Notes: generated by a model not told the origin, from the sequence alone. Positions 1-13,764 are shown, counted from the first letter of the whole stretch. The stretch is 60,310 nucleotides of DNA, filler included, from Sphacelaria rigidula (GCA_964200075.2; 3 parts of 3 records of this genome joined end to end with filler, not necessarily neighbours in it), one strand, 5' to 3'. A program made the numbers and translations.

Positions 1-1219
1 AGAGTTTCTCGCACAAGTTTCCGTGTATTTGGAAGTCAACATTTTTCGAAATGCTGGGTGACCGCCGACCGCCGAAATAAACTTGACGTGGACAGAGGGA
101 TACGATGCGCGGTTGTTTCTTCAGTTCCATGGGTCCTTCTTTGTGCTGGGTTAGTGAGCAAGCGATCGTGCTGCGCAGAGCGAACTCTCCACACGTGTAC
201 GGCTCGTTTTACAAGCTGTACACGCGGACACGTATTTCAAGCAGTCACATATTGCCCCACCCGTCCCAAAAGCTCAAGTCTTGGCCGTAGGACTCGGACT
301 CGTTGAGGTAGTCGTGTACTCTTTTCCAACACAATTCCTATGACTCGAGTCAGACTCGTCCTCGTTCCCCGACTTGACTCATTTGACCCGATTATCGAAT
401 ATGCCCCAATACTCGTTGGACATGTGAAACATTGAATAAGGAAGACACCAGCGCGTAATCTTTGCCTGCCAGACCGTCGGCCTTGCGTCCTCGTGAGAAC
501 GCAGCTTTTCGATGGGGGTGGAAAATGGGGAAGATGGAGATTGTGGGGTACACAGTCAACATACTTTGAGATGTGTTGTATCTCTTCAAAAAATCGAAAG
601 CGACCAAGATGTGTTGCTCTCAGAGTGGTATGCGAAGCGTGTAGTGCGCGGGAAGGGCAGGAGATGATGAGTGCGGGGGCGTGGTTGGTGTTTATAATAC
701 TACCGTGTTGACGGTGTCAAAAACGCATGGTACCTTGGCAGCGGCGTAGTTCATGTGGCATTTTCATGGTAAACTCACTCGAACACAAAAGTTGATTTGC
801 AAAGCGATGAACTTGCTCACAAAGGACACAAAGGTACAGCACGCACGCTGGAAGATGACGAATGTGGTTACCCTGTACTCTTGCCGCCGCGCCCCCGGTG
901 GTGTAGCTGATACAACTGAACCGAGTTACAGTGAAAGATTTGCGGGTTCACATTCCCGGCCGAAGTGAGGTCAGTTTTGTTTCTGCGAAGTACCTGACGT
1001 CCAGCGTTGAGCACGTAAGAACGTGAGTAGCATAAGAATTTTTCTTTTGACGAAGGTCAAACCGGTACGGGAGTGCTGACGCACCCCGCGATAAATGCCA
1101 ATACGTGAGGTGTGCACCGAGGGGGAGAAGACGAGTTGATCCCTGGAGACAACGGAGCAATCACGAGGGAGGGGAAGGGAGGGGTTGGAAAACATGTGAA
1201 GATTAAAATGAGAGACATA

Positions 1220-3400
1220 TCTTCACTGCGCGCTTGGCTTGTGCCTCCTCACCTTTCGCTTTAGAGTGTGGGATGGTGTTGGGCTGGATCGGCCGGGGGA
1301 ATTGCTGATTCTTCTCCGGCCGGTCTCTTTCTCGGAAATCACGATTGTTACCACCAAACCGTCGCACATGACATCACCAATGTTCTGTGTATATAACCCG
1401 AACAGAGTGACGATGCGATGGTGGTGCAGCAAGCAGACATTTGTGGGGGAAGCAGGGTAAGGGGCGTCCGGAGCGAATCGTGACCTGTCTGGGATGAACG
1501 TTCTGGTACAACATATACAGCCGGAACCGCATAGATCACGCTCGAGCAAGACGTGATTGACGATACAGTCGGTTCTTTTACATCGTTTGGCCTGAATGCA
1601 TAGTTAACCCAATCCATCTGCGCGCTTCGAAAAAATAAGTCTGGAGATGCGCTACATAAGCTCGAATTCTGATACACTCATGGGCATCCCCATTAGCCTC
1701 CAAGAGCGCCGGTGTGCAGCAAGCACAACTGAAATATGTACCCGGTCGCGTTTCACCAGAAAATACCCAGCAATTCTAAATAGGATAGGCAATGGAGAAC
1801 ACTGCAGCCAACAGGACCCTGAATATCCGTCTCTTGTGAAACTACCATTCAGATATACACACCCGCACATGGACACTGTTCGCCTTGTGCCGGACACCCG
1901 TGGAAGTCCAACTGAGTTTCATACTGGCGGGGTCGTACGAAATTATCCGTTCCTGACAACCGCAAGGGTATCACGTGAGAAAAGAGTGGAGCGCGCGCGG
2001 GGGGGTGGGGGGGGGAAGGGCGCATCTATTTTCTGCTTGCCTTAGTCGTTTGACCATGGACCACGCATCCCTTTCGAGATGGAGCACGCGGGGGGGAAGG
2101 TAAGGCTGCCGATGAGAGATGCATAAATATAGACATACGGCTTCTACTTTTATCGTCTAACTCTACCCGAATTGAGTAATGTATATTTCTACACATATTC
2201 ATGCTGCTTCGTCATCGAACAACGTCGAGGGAGAGGGAGGCATGAAGGTGAATTGACAGGTAGGCGAGAACCGGGGACGACGAGAGACGGAGGAACTGCG
2301 GAACAACGATGAAGACACAAGCAACGAACGAGAAAAATCACCCTGAGCTTGGTGTCCTTTCCCTCCGAGTTGCGTTTTTTAAGCACCAACCCAGTCCCTT
2401 CCACCAGCGTCGTTCGCATAAAACCCTCCAGGGCATCGTCACTCCAACTCCTGGAAATGTAGAACAACGTTGAAACAAGAACCCAGACGCTCAACAACAA
2501 AGGGTCAGGAGGGACTGATAGCCCTCAATATTTCCCTTCTTTTGTGGTCCATAAAGACGATAACCTGCGGAAATGCCGAGGAACAAGCTTGTTGTGTGAA
2601 CGCGTTTCTTGTCAGCAATGACTGCCGAGTCGACGGACATGATTCCAGAGAGAAAGGGGATAATTCTACGGTAGAGGTACACTTTTTAGTACCAAAAACA
2701 AATCCTCAGGATGCACACTAAAGCATAGATGTTTTGTCATCGAGAGACTCACGAAGTACAGAGCCTCAGAAAAAAATCGTGTACCGCAGAACCAGCCATG
2801 GTATGGCTGCGAGACCTCCAGGTTAACGTCAACTAGCTCATTCTTGGAACATGTAGTGCCGAGTCGAGCACGGCGTTAACTTCGTGTCACAACCGGTTCA
2901 GTTGTCCGTCCTTGGGTTGATACAGTAGCACGGAATTTGGCATCGCGTTGGTTTAGGTACCTCTGCGCCTGATACAAGTGATAACACGATACATTGTGCT
3001 CTTCCTCTCGTTCTCGGGTGTGAGCGTGGCGCGATTCTTCTCGCACGGCCTGCTTCAGTGCGGCAGTTACAACCGTTCGCTACGGATATAATACTACTTC
3101 ACGAGGTATCCTTCCCTGCAATATATCGCCATCTCAACCATGAACCTCACCACTTCTTGCCCTTGGCCTCCACGGCCCTTGACCGAGCAGAGTGTTCGCC
3201 ATATTCCGGGTCCTCGGTCTTCTCCTGGACAAAACGTAAGATGAAGTCCATAGCAAGCGATATGGCTGGTTGACTGCAGTTTATGACTGTTGTACCGAAA
3301 CCGGCCAACTCGGTATGGGATCTCCAGCACAATCAACGCATCACCGCGATAATGGGGTATACCCCCCGTTACAGGATGAGGACTCAATACGAGGGTAGTG
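1220..3400 (-). mobile_element. Possible heavily decayed Ty1/Copia-like remnant (gag knuckle / protease / integrase fragments)
   Basis: Minus-strand fragments in Copia order: 'SCYHLYQAQRYLNQRDAK' (~2945-3000, zinc-knuckle-like), 'RSHTMAGSAVHDFF' (~2770-2815, resembles the region after the protease DSG motif), 'AGYFLVKRDRV' (~1740-1775, integrase-like). No intact ORF; boundaries approximate. Confidence 0.3.
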
Positions 3401-3998
3401 AGAAGCGTGTTTCCTATTCCGTGATCTGATGGATCAGTTCAGTGGACACGATCGTGATCATCGATCAGAGTCCGCTGCTAACAGCCGATCCGGGTCGGGT
3501 AGAAGGTAGTATTGTTGTCAAGAACCTAAAGAAAAAAAGGGAGTAAACGTGAACCTCCTGGCACGGCCATACTTCCGGCATCAAACCACATACTCCCGAG
3601 GCAAAACACTCTCCCAGACGGGTGCCCAGGGGTAAAGTTGCACCACAAGTAAACATGCAGACACATAAAGCAGGTGGCGCTAAGGGCGAAAAAGGTGCCT
3701 CGACCAATCAGCCGCCTTGAAACTGTTCCAAAATCAAACATACGAATTCCCAACACGATTTGTCCCCAATACCTGCATGCTTCGAATCGTAGAGAGCAAC
3801 TGCCATCAGCTTGGTAATCTCATGGGGAAAACATATTTGAATACGTCTTCTATGGGATCAAAATACACCCAAACCATCATATTTCGGTGACGTGGGGTTT
3901 TGGCGCCGTCGGATTTCCACTGACGATATGCACGACATCCAAAAAGGCTCTTGACGAATTATCTTATACTTCGAAGTATATATATTATAGAAAAGCTC

Positions 3999-4204
3999 CA
4001 AGGGCAGGTCGAGTAGGGTATACTCAAATTGCGGGTTATTTTGAACGACGTACTTGAGGTACTCAAATTAGGGTACAGTGTCCAGAGTCGTACCCCCCAA
4101 AAAGCTGGAAAGCGATCCCTCGAACCCTACCCCCCTTTTGGGTACTTTAAATACGACTTTCAAAATACCCCGCAATTGAGTATACTCTACTCGATCTGCC
4201 CTTG
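3999..4204. mobile_element. 206-bp hAT-type MITE, copy 1
   Basis: TIRs CAAGGGCAGGTCGAGTAGGGTATACTCAA...TTGAGTATACTCTACTCGATCTGCCCTTG; 8-bp flanks aaaagctc/gaaacctc (6/8 match, decayed TSD); homologous along its length to 28110-28315. Confidence 0.85.
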
Positions 4205-5398
4205 GAAACCTCTGACCACCCTCAAACCAATTCGGTAGGAATTCGCGCTCTGAATGGGAAAATGAAAATGTGTGATTGAAAACGTTTTCAAAGTTCATCC
4301 CCTCTTTACCGGCTTCCGGAGTTCCTGGCGTAATGACCTCGGAATCCGGTACAGAATGCATCAACATAGAGTTATAAAAAAGACACGTCCTGGGGGATTC
4401 CGAGATATTAGTGCAATTTTTTATTGCTGAGCTCGGAAATTTGTGCTGCGCGGTCATTTCCTCGTTTCACGTACCCGAAAAGTCGTTTCTTCACTAGAAT
4501 CAAGTAGTCAGGATTCGTACCTTTCAAGCTCATTTCATCGCACCCAAGGCGTAAATGTTCCCGCCGTTTTTTGGAGCTAGACTGTGAAAATTTGCACACA
4601 TACTCTAGGGATCATTTCAAAACTTTCAGTAGAGTATTTTTCTTTATATATACTTCACCGGTTATCGGGGGCCCCAAAATAGCATGTGAAGGGCATGTGA
4701 CCCCCAAGACTCTGAGGCCCTCGATCATCGTTGAATATTATGCCGATCAAATTTCGTCACGGGCCGTAGTACGTGTGTGTAGGTTTTCAGAGTCTAACTC
4801 CAAAAAGCAGCGTGAGATGTTGTGAATGAATGTATAAGGGGCGATGAGCGTAAACTACCTTGTATACAATATTCTGCGTTCAGTTCATGGTGTCAATGAT
4901 TTAGTGTTTCAGGTGTGTCGTGAAGAGGCATCGACGGGACTTTATCGTAACCCTCCGGTTAAGCATGTGTATTGTGTGGCTTTTAGCAAACAATATAATG
5001 AGATGGCTTTCTCTGTTCAGTCTCTATTTCGTGAATACAGATTATGAAACTATTTTCACCAGCTGTGGTACAAAGTCTACCGGGAAATGCGTATGCTTTT
5101 GCAAAATTTTCGTTCGGTGATCGACCGGGCACATGAGCACCAACCGAATGCGTACAAATTTCGACGAAAGAAACACCGAAACTCAGCGTTCCCTCGCCAA
5201 TTCCAAGCAGCTGATGATTCGGCATGGGGCACTCTACTCTAGTTGCCATTATAGCGGGACGAGATGTACTACCTTGATATTTTCGACAACTACTACAGAA
5301 TACCACGTCGCTGACTATAGTGTTTATATACCTTTCGTCAAGATCGTCCTAGTTTTCGATGCACGGCATCTATCGATGAATGAGATGTCTCGGGGTTT

Positions 5399-5865
5399 GG
5401 CCGCTTCTTTTGGCAAAACAAAGATGAATTATGGAAACCTGCCTTTTTGAAGCCTCTACGTCGTTTTCCCCCCTCAAGGAGTGCTAGGCAGATTTTGACA
5501 CCCTGGAATGCCGTGCTGTACTCGCTGAGACGGTTTGAGCATACCTGTGCGTTTTGCCGGAGGTCGCAGTTCTCTTATTTTCCAGTCTTACATTTTTCTT
5601 GGAGACTTCTCGTCTTTTCGGAGAGCGATCAGGTCCAGACGAATCAGATAAATTAGCGGCCTCCGAGAAAAATTTAAGGTTGGGAAAAAAATGTTTGCGG
5701 CCTCCGGAACAACGTACAGGTATGCTGGAACCGTCTCAACGAGTACAGCAAGGGGCTCCAGGGTGTCAAAATCTACGTAGCTCTCGTTTAGGGGTGTAAA
5801 ACGACGTAAAAACTCCAAAAAGGCAGTTTCCATAATTATGTTTTGTTTCGCGAAAAGGAATGGTC
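5399..5865. mobile_element. Foldback MITE with ~170-bp terminal inverted repeats
   Basis: 5399-5570 is an imperfect reverse complement of 5695-5865 (aattatggaaacctgccttttt / aaaaaggcagtttccataatt; gattttgacaccctgga / tccagggtgtcaaaatc; agcatacctgt / acaggtatgct). No TSD resolved. Confidence 0.8.
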
Positions 5866-6629
5866 TCTCAGAGTATCCTCGCTCGAGAACATCGACACTG
5901 GGAACATTCATCCGGAGTGATGTATTCGTTCACCTACACCGATCATGCGCTTGCTAGGTACCTTTATCTCATCATCCGAAACAAACGACCCCTCGAACAC
6001 GCCCTGGTGATCCACAAATCTTCCGGAGTGTGCTCGGGGTTTGCTTACAGTCTACTGGGGATGACGACAAGACAGGCGTGGAGAGGCATCGTGAGGGCGA
6101 CTATTCGAAGCTCCCAAGGTCAGAAAGTGTGGGCACATAAGAGTGGTCAATAGTTTTAACAGATGGAGGGAGCCCGGGGCAAGTGCCTGGAGGTCGTCAG
6201 CTTCCCAAAACATCATCAACAGCTTAATTTTAGCTCTGTAACTAGTGTTTTGACCCATGTTGTAGGGGGGGGGGGGTGTAACTCCGTTGATCCCGCTATC
6301 AGGTTTTCTCATGCGCGCTTGATAGTGTGACTGACATAATAGGGTTCTCGATTTGCTTCGAAGGTACTATTACACCAGTTGTTGTATCGATCATGGGGTG
6401 ATAGAAAACGCTTGTACATGATTCGCTTGACGCGTTGTTGACAGAGCATTTGGCGAGCTGCACAATCTCCAGAGCAGAGGATACTTCATAATCAATGCAA
6501 TCGTGCTTGAACTAAACCCGAGCACCTCTATTATATACCATCTTATACACCCTATGAGCTCATACTGTGTGTCCCCTCAGCTGCAAAAATCCGCCAAGTG
6601 ACAAGGGTTCTGAAGGCGGACACTCGTTC

Positions 6630-7030
6630 GTTCAATATAGTTTATCTACGAACCGAAGCCAGAAGCATGAGTGGGGAAATTGCGGGGTATTCGATTATGC
6701 TGGCAGGGTTACTGAGGACGTTCCTTGTGATTGGACAAAAGTAAATGGCTCCGAGTTCCTTTTTTCTGGGAAATGTATTGCGGATGTTGCGACGCAGAAG
6801 ATTTTGGATCCTAGGTAGTCGTGACAGGGTAGTGTTCTACGTCCTACCCCCTCACTCGTCTCCCTCACCTCTCTTTACCGAGTTTCCTACGTGCGGGTAG
6901 TAATAATAAAGGCCCACAACACATCGTCATCTTCTTCCCAGCTACTGCAAGCGGGCAGTCATCCATTTGAGCACACAGCAAGGGGCTGTTGTTGCTGCAA
7001 GGTCATCCGATCAACACGATCATTCGAATA
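6630..7030 (+). repeat. 5' LTR of the Copia element
   Basis: Direct repeat of 12040-12438; 16 mismatches in the first 130 bp counted by eye (~88% identity). Confidence 0.9.
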
Positions 7031-7074
7031 CGTTAACGTTTTATTTTCGTTCGAACTTGGATCGTCGCCCTGAG

Positions 7075-10000
7075 ATGGCGGATCAAGACAGTGCAGTGGA
7101 AGAAGTGAGGGCGCTGCTTGAGGCGCAGACAAGGATCTCGGTAGAAAGGCTGTAACGTGTCGAGGCTGCCCAGGAAAGCAGAGGCGGACGAAGTGAGGGG
7201 TCCGCCAGTGGAGATCAACCATCGTATCTTGATGGTGCTACGGGCGCGGAGCAGATAAAGTCTGGTTCCGGTCGTAGAGGTGAAGTCACCACCGATAACC
7301 TGCTGCCAACTGTCAGTGAGGTTGGGATTGCAGGAGGTGGTACTTTTACACTGAGTCCTAGGGGGAAAAGCAACAATAAAACTGATGTTCCCAAGTTAGG
7401 AGGAAGTGTTGATTTTTCTTTATGGAAAAAAGCGAGTTGAAGATTTCGCTTCGTCCACCGATTGTATGCACGCCTTCAGTACGGCTATTGATGTGCCCGT
7501 AGGTGACCCCTGAGTTAGTTCACAGTTTTTGGTTGACCAAGATTTTAGTGAGACAAGTACAAGAAGAACATGTATTGCTTGGACGTGTGTGACAGAGAGT
7601 ATCACGGGCCGTGAATTATCAAGTAGGGTGTTTGACACAAACTCCCCTGGTGCAGGCTGGCGCTTCTTATATAACTGGTTTCTCCCGAGAACTCTCTCGG
7701 AAAAATCGAAGTGGAAACGCCTTATCAACGAGGTACGGGTGGAGAAAAAGGAAGATCCGATGATGTTTTTCGCGCGCGTGGGTAAGATTGTGGGTGCACT
7801 AGTATCATAGGGGGTACATATGCCTGTAGAAGATGTTAACCTCAACATAGTTGAGGTACTCACAAGTGACTACGAGTACGAACCGCGCGCAATTTTGTAC
7901 AGATACGCACCCCGGCAGAGGTACACGCTATTGTATGGCAGAGATACACGTTATGTCAAGGAATGGTACGAAGAACCGTGACGTCGGACAAGCTCTCGTT
8001 ATGAGCGAGTCCGCCCGCCAAAATCGCAATCAAGATGGCGCCAAGAGTGATGCCAAAGGTGGTGGGGGTATTTCCAGTGGTAGTGCAGCAGATAAGAACG
8101 ACCAGACTAGCAGTACCAAAACCGTAGGGAAGAAGTATGACGGTATGCAAAACAAGTGTCATCGTTGCTTAGAGCCAGGACACCAAGGGTTTGACTGTAT
8201 CGCACACGTTATCCCAGCCCCAAAGAAATCACAGGGTGGCTATCATAGCGTGTTTGTCGATTGGTATGCAACAAAGTAAGGAGGGTGCGGTGGGAGAGCG
8301 TAATAGCAGTAATGACGGTATTGAAGAGTGAATAGCTGATAGTTGAGCAACATTTCATATTACTAAATCGGCTGAATTGCTCCGTGACGTGCACAGCCAT
8401 CAGAGGGCAAAGTTAAGATCGGTAATAATACTCTCATCGACATTGAGTGTTATGGGTCGTTGACTGGAGTTTTCCCCAACAAGGGTGAAGGAGTAACAGT
8501 GAGGCTTGAAAAGGTCGCATACGTACCCGACTTATCTTTAAACCTATTATCAGTAGTGGCTGCGCACACACGGGGAGTAGGCTTCTCGACCGATGATTCC
8601 GACAAGAGTGTGACCCTACTGGATGGGCGTCTTAGGTTTTGGAGTGATGGATCTGGATACTCAACGTATGGTCGAAGGAGTGACCCTGATGATGACTACG
8701 TCCCCTATCTCTTGTTGGTTCACGAGTCTGTTGAACATTCCGTGCAACGCGACCCCCCTGTTCCCCCGGCGTTTCCTGTTATATTCCCCCGCAGCGCTGA
8801 CTCACGCGAGACTGCGATAGACATCAACGTTTTTCACTGCGTACAGGGACATGCCAATGAATTTCTTTTGAGAGGAGCAGCAAAATCGGTAGGAATAGAG
8901 TTACTGAGCATCTTGGAACCGTGTAGAGAATGTTTTTAGGCAAAGGGGCACACGAAACCAATCGCAAACAGCACGGAATCCCGTGCTTCACAGAAGCAAA
9001 GAAGAGTTTTCGTTGATTTTAGCGGTCCCAAGAAAACTCCTTCATTGCTAGGAAAGAAGTATGTAATGATGGTGAAGGACGATTTTACCCGGTATGCACG
9101 AGTGTATTTTCTCCAGCGGAAGTTCGATACCGCTGACGCTTTCAGGAAGTTTTTGGCTGATGTACGTGCGGATGGTGTACCTTCGGAAGTGGTAATAGCT
9201 AAATCTGACGACAGGGGGGAGTTTTTCGATGGTAATTTTGAAGGCGTGTGTAGGCACTACTGTATCAAGCAGGGATTCACCAGGGCGAAGTGTCCGGAAC
9301 TGAATGGCGCTGCCAAGAGAGCTTTAGGTATCATTCAAAACGCCGCACATGTTGCTCGCATCCGAGCCCCCATCCTCTTCCCACATGTCGAGCTATCACC
9401 ATCGCAGACCCTCTGGGCTGAGGCAATATATATTGGGCGTGTCACGCCCTGATTCACACCTCGACGACGTCCAACCCAGGGAACAAGTCGCCGTACGAGA
9501 TGTGGTACGGTAAGGCAGCACCTGCATCGCCACACCCGTTTCTTCGTCCGGGTTATTGCCGACCAACAAAGTCGTTCCCCAAGTGCGAGAGTAGCTTCTA
9601 CCTCAGGCTCGGCATCGACCACCCCCTCGATTCCTTGCGGATGCTGACGCGGGCAAATAAGTAGTGGAGACAAGGGACATCACCTGGGAGGTGCCGCCGA
9701 TCTGGTGGTACCGCCGGTACAGCTGCAGCAGCCAGCTTCGCCGCAGTTGGCGGGAGCGTCGGAGCTGGGAGGGACGTTACAGCCAGGAGGAACATCAGAG
9801 CTGGGAGAAGCTCCGGAGACAGGAGGGCGACATGATTTCGATTCTGCTCCACCAGCTCTATTACCGCCACTGGGGAGAGGAATATCCTTTAAGCGTCGAG
9901 TGACATTTCCAGCGAAGAGCGCAGACCATGGTGGTGAAGGTAGGCGAGGTTTTCTTCGAGATGAAAATCAGCCGGCCCCCGACAATACAACTGGTTCTTT

Positions 10001-11898
10001 AGGTGTTTATTTGCCATTGGTGAGTAGTGAGCCGTTTGACGACGGCAAACTCTCAGTGGAGAGGAGCGATTCGTCTTCATTGGACGAAAGTGCTCCAGTT
10101 CCCACGGCAGCGCGGACTGCGGCGCGGCAACTCGAGTCAAATTTGGTTGGAACTGGAAATGACGAGGAGCTTGGGCGAACCTGAGCGCAGACCCGAGCGA
10201 TCAATCAAGAAGAATCTGGGCTCGTGAACATGTTAAGGCCCGATGAAAGGGGGGGAATGATATATGACCTGCTGGCGGTACAGGAGGTTACCCGTAAGCA
10301 AGGCGAGCTCCCTAAATGCCTTATCAAGGAATCGGGGTCGGAGCCGTTGCCATTCCATGCGGCGTCTTCATTACAATACTCGGATGTGTGGATGGAGGCG
10401 ATGAGGATAGAGTTCGATGGGCTTATGGGTGCCGGAACGTTCGCGGACGTGACTGACATTCCAGAGGGGTGCAACATTGTGGGCGCGAAGTGGGTGTATA
10501 AGTAGAAAAGTGATTCGCATGGTATGGTTGACCGGGCGAACGCCGGTATGGTAGCTATGGGGTATAGTCAGGTACAGGGAGTAGACTACTTTGACACATT
10601 TTCCCCTACGGTATCCGCGACGTCGAACAGGTTAGTGGCGGCTATGACATGTATGCTAGACTGGGATTTGAGGTACTTGGGTGTAGACCAGGCCTTCATT
10701 CAGTCGAAGTTGGACACCGACATCTACTGGCGCCTGCTCTCCGGTTGTGAATCAGTATCTGGTAAGGTAGTGCGCCTGAGCCAGGCCTTGTACGGTTCGA
10801 AGCAGGGTGTTCGTGCATGGTATCAACTGTTGTCGTCAACCCTAGTGGAGTGTGGTTTCGAGCAACACTTAGTATATCCCTGCGTGTTCCGCCTGAGGGT
10901 TGCTGAAGACGCTGTGGCGATGGTGGTCTTTCATGTGGACGATATCATGATAGCAGCTACTGAGGAAGTTACTAAGGTCGGTGCACTCAATCAGATATTT
11001 CCCATTGAACATTTCGTGGAGGTAGAGCAATGCATGGGGAGTGAGTACAAAAAGGACCGGGGGAAAGTTACTTTGGAGATTTCACAAACCTAATTCATTA
11101 TGAGTGTGCTATGTCGTTTTGACGTCTCGAAGATAAGCTGAATTCCCGCTACCCCTTCTCTAGACCTCAGGCATGCAAGCGAGGAGGAGACCGTGGTGGA
11201 TGTGCCTTTTCGTGAGATCGTGGGGAGCTTGATATGGATAGCGAACCAGACGAGGCCCGATATCGCGAATGTAGTTTGGGCAATCGCTCATTTTTCTCAT
11301 GAACCCAAGTTGACTCACTACAGGGCGGCACAGAAGATACTCGAGTATTTGAATGCTCCGTCGGATTTAGGGTTACTTTTCAAGAGGAGTAACAACTTGG
11401 GATGTATTTAGTTGGAGTTTGATTTGGATACGTACGTTGAAGCAGACTACGCCCATAGGGCAGAGGATCGCCGTTCCGTTTTCGGTGTAGCTATTTGCTG
11501 TTTTACTGTGGAGGTACGCAAGTGTCAGGGTTCTTCAGGACGCACAATGCGCCACCCTATTTACTACTGAGGCAGAGTGTGTAGAAATGGCAGACGGTGT
11601 CAAGCAGGCCCTGTATGTGAGGGGGGTTCTGAGGTTCCTCATGCCCAGTTTGGGGTCGAAAAGCGTTGGCGTTGTTGAGAACAACAACGGGCCGATAGAC
11701 TTAGCTGAAAATCTCTTGCGCTCGTCCAACAGCAAACACATTGATAAACGATATCATTTTCTTCGGGAGTTGGTTGCTAGTGGTGACATATCCGTGAAGT
11801 ATCTTCAATCAGAAGAACAGCATGCAGATATTCCAACCAAAGTCATTGATGAAGAGAATTTCGGAAGGCACCGTGATTTTCTCTTAGGCAGGATCTAG
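7075..11898 (+). pseudogene. Disrupted Copia gag-pol polyprotein
   Basis: Broken into ORFs 7529-7810, 7851-8279, 8460-8939, 9045-9452, 10224-10505, 10524-11093, 11193-11411 and 11587-11898 by in-frame stops and frameshifts; motifs as listed for the element. Confidence 0.92.
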
Positions 11899-12039
11899 AA
11901 TTCGCCGTTATATTTATTTGGTATGGTGGACCCTATCATTTGAAATGAGCGATGATAGTAGTCGATTCGATCGAATGTAGTTTATCCGATGGCATTAAGA
12001 TCACGCTTGGTCTTGTTTGTCGATAAAGCTCGGGAGGGG

Positions 12040-12438
12040 GTTTAATATAGTTCATCTACGAACCGAGGCCAGAAGCATGAGTGGGGAAACGGCGGGGTAT
12101 TCGGTTATTCTGGCAAGGTTACTGAGGACGTTCATTGCGATCAGACAAAAGCAAGTTGTTCCGAGTTCCTATCTTTTGGCGAATGTATCGCGGATCTTGC
12201 GACGCAGTAGGTTTTGGATCCTAGGCAATCGTGACAGGGTAGTGTTTCACGCCCTACTCCCTCACTCGTCTCCTTCAACTCTCTTCACCCAGTTTCCTAC
12301 GTGCGGGTAGTAATAATAAAGACTCACAACGCATCGACATCTTCTTCCCAGCTACTGCAAGCAGGCAGTCATCTGTTTGAGCACACAGAAAGGCTGTTGT
12401 TGCTGCAAGGCTATCTGATCAACACGATCATTCGAATA
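12040..12438 (+). repeat. 3' LTR of the Copia element
   Basis: Direct repeat of 6630-7030, preceded by a polypurine tract; both copies end in ...cgatcattcgaata. Confidence 0.9.
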
Positions 12439-13461
12439 GCATTGACGAGAATGGCTGGAGAAAGCGGTTGTTCAAAAACGGTAGACTGTCATGTTCCTAC
12501 TCAGAATAACGAGCGGAAGAATGCCCGTTCCCTCATTTCGTGTCCTACCTGTGAAGCTACTCGAGAATCATCGACACTGGAGCGAGAGTTGGATTCCTCG
12601 GCCGGCCATTGGTATCGACTCTGTGAATGATTGTCTTCGCTCCTTCTTGATGGTGTGGCTGAAGTGAGGGGAGGAGTATGGGCTCCAACCTCTACTGTGA
12701 ATATATCTTCCTCGTCTTCTTCCTCACTACTGCTGTCCGCCTCCTCCGTAACGTGGCAGCATACCCTTGGTTGTTGTGAACCCGTTTCGGTAATAGGCAG
12801 GAAAGTAAGATAAAAGGACTCCTGGCGTGTGTTCAGTGCACATATTATTAGGGACTTTCTGGTCGGCGGTTTGAGAGAACGTTGGTATTTTATATGGAAA
12901 ATGCATGAAATTGTATGTAGTTGTCTTCACGTGATGATGATGTTCCTGTATCCGCTACCATTACATACATTTATGTTTTCAACACAGGCACTACTTCTGC
13001 TATAAACAGCGTCTTGCTTCTTCGCATGCCACAGTACTTACTTTGACTTTCAACCCATCCCCTCCCTCAGGCCGCGTCCGTGGACTCACTCGACCATCCT
13101 CCTTCTACCTTGGTGCTTCCCCGGTTCATGGTCACGACGAGTACATGAATATTCATCGCCAACACGAAATATGCACCGCGAAACGTTGGCGCCTGGCTCG
13201 TGCATGAACTTACGAGTATATATTGCACGTTTCGAACTTTCGTCAGTCCTATGTTGTCATTTCTACCAGCATTCGAAGCTGTCCACAGGAAAAAGTGTCA
13301 CCATATATATGATGACAAGAGACACGTGCTTCTTCGGTTTTTCAAGACCCTTACGCCAAGTAAGTGTGTGTGGGCTTCAGTCTCTGTTTCGCTGCCTACA
13401 GGCATTGGCAGGGTGCCTTACAGCAGCGGGAGAAAACACCAGACCCGCGAGTGACACCCAC

Positions 13462-13764
13462 CTGGTAAGAGACAGGATGAGTCCCCCGAAGCCCTTCTTG
13501 GTGTCTGGGTCTTCTGCTCCCTTTGTTCGATCCTTGTCTGGTACGTGGATGGTGCCCATCGCGTTGCCTCCTTCACTCTCCGGCAACACCATGTTTTGCT
13601 TTACCGACGCCCGTCTGCTCCGTGCGAGCAAGAGCAAGGATTCCAGGCTGCCAATGTACTTCAACGGCGGTATACTGTGGGTGAGTCGTTGCCGTCGACC
13701 AAAACGTTTAGTTTACTCCGTACGGTTATTACACGTCGCGAAAAAGGATTCGGCGCTCGACATG
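13462..13764 (-). CDS. Possible 5' exons of an unidentified gene divergent from USE1
   Basis: ATG at ~13763 (MSSAESFFAT), a CACAG acceptor near 13677, open frame IPPLKYIGSLESLLLLARSRR...GGLILSLTR ending at AG|GTGGGT (~13462); an acidic stretch (EEADSSSEEEDEEDIF) lies further downstream at ~12700-12750. No homology recognised. Confidence 0.25.

Larger units (their letters stand above)
6630..12438 (+). mobile_element. Full-length, inactivated Ty1/Copia LTR retrotransposon
   Basis: Two ~400-bp LTRs (6630-7030, 12040-12438); purine tract GGGAGGGG before the 3' LTR. Internal domains in Copia order: gag with zinc knuckle CHRCLEPGHQGFDC, protease region (LEKVAYVPDLSLNLLSV), integrase (VKDDFTRY, SDDRGEF, ELNGAAKR), RT (VGAKWVYK, GYSQVQGVDY, ALYGSKQ, FHVDD), RNase H (SKHIDKRYHFLRE). 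Many stops and frameshifts. Confidence 0.95.
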
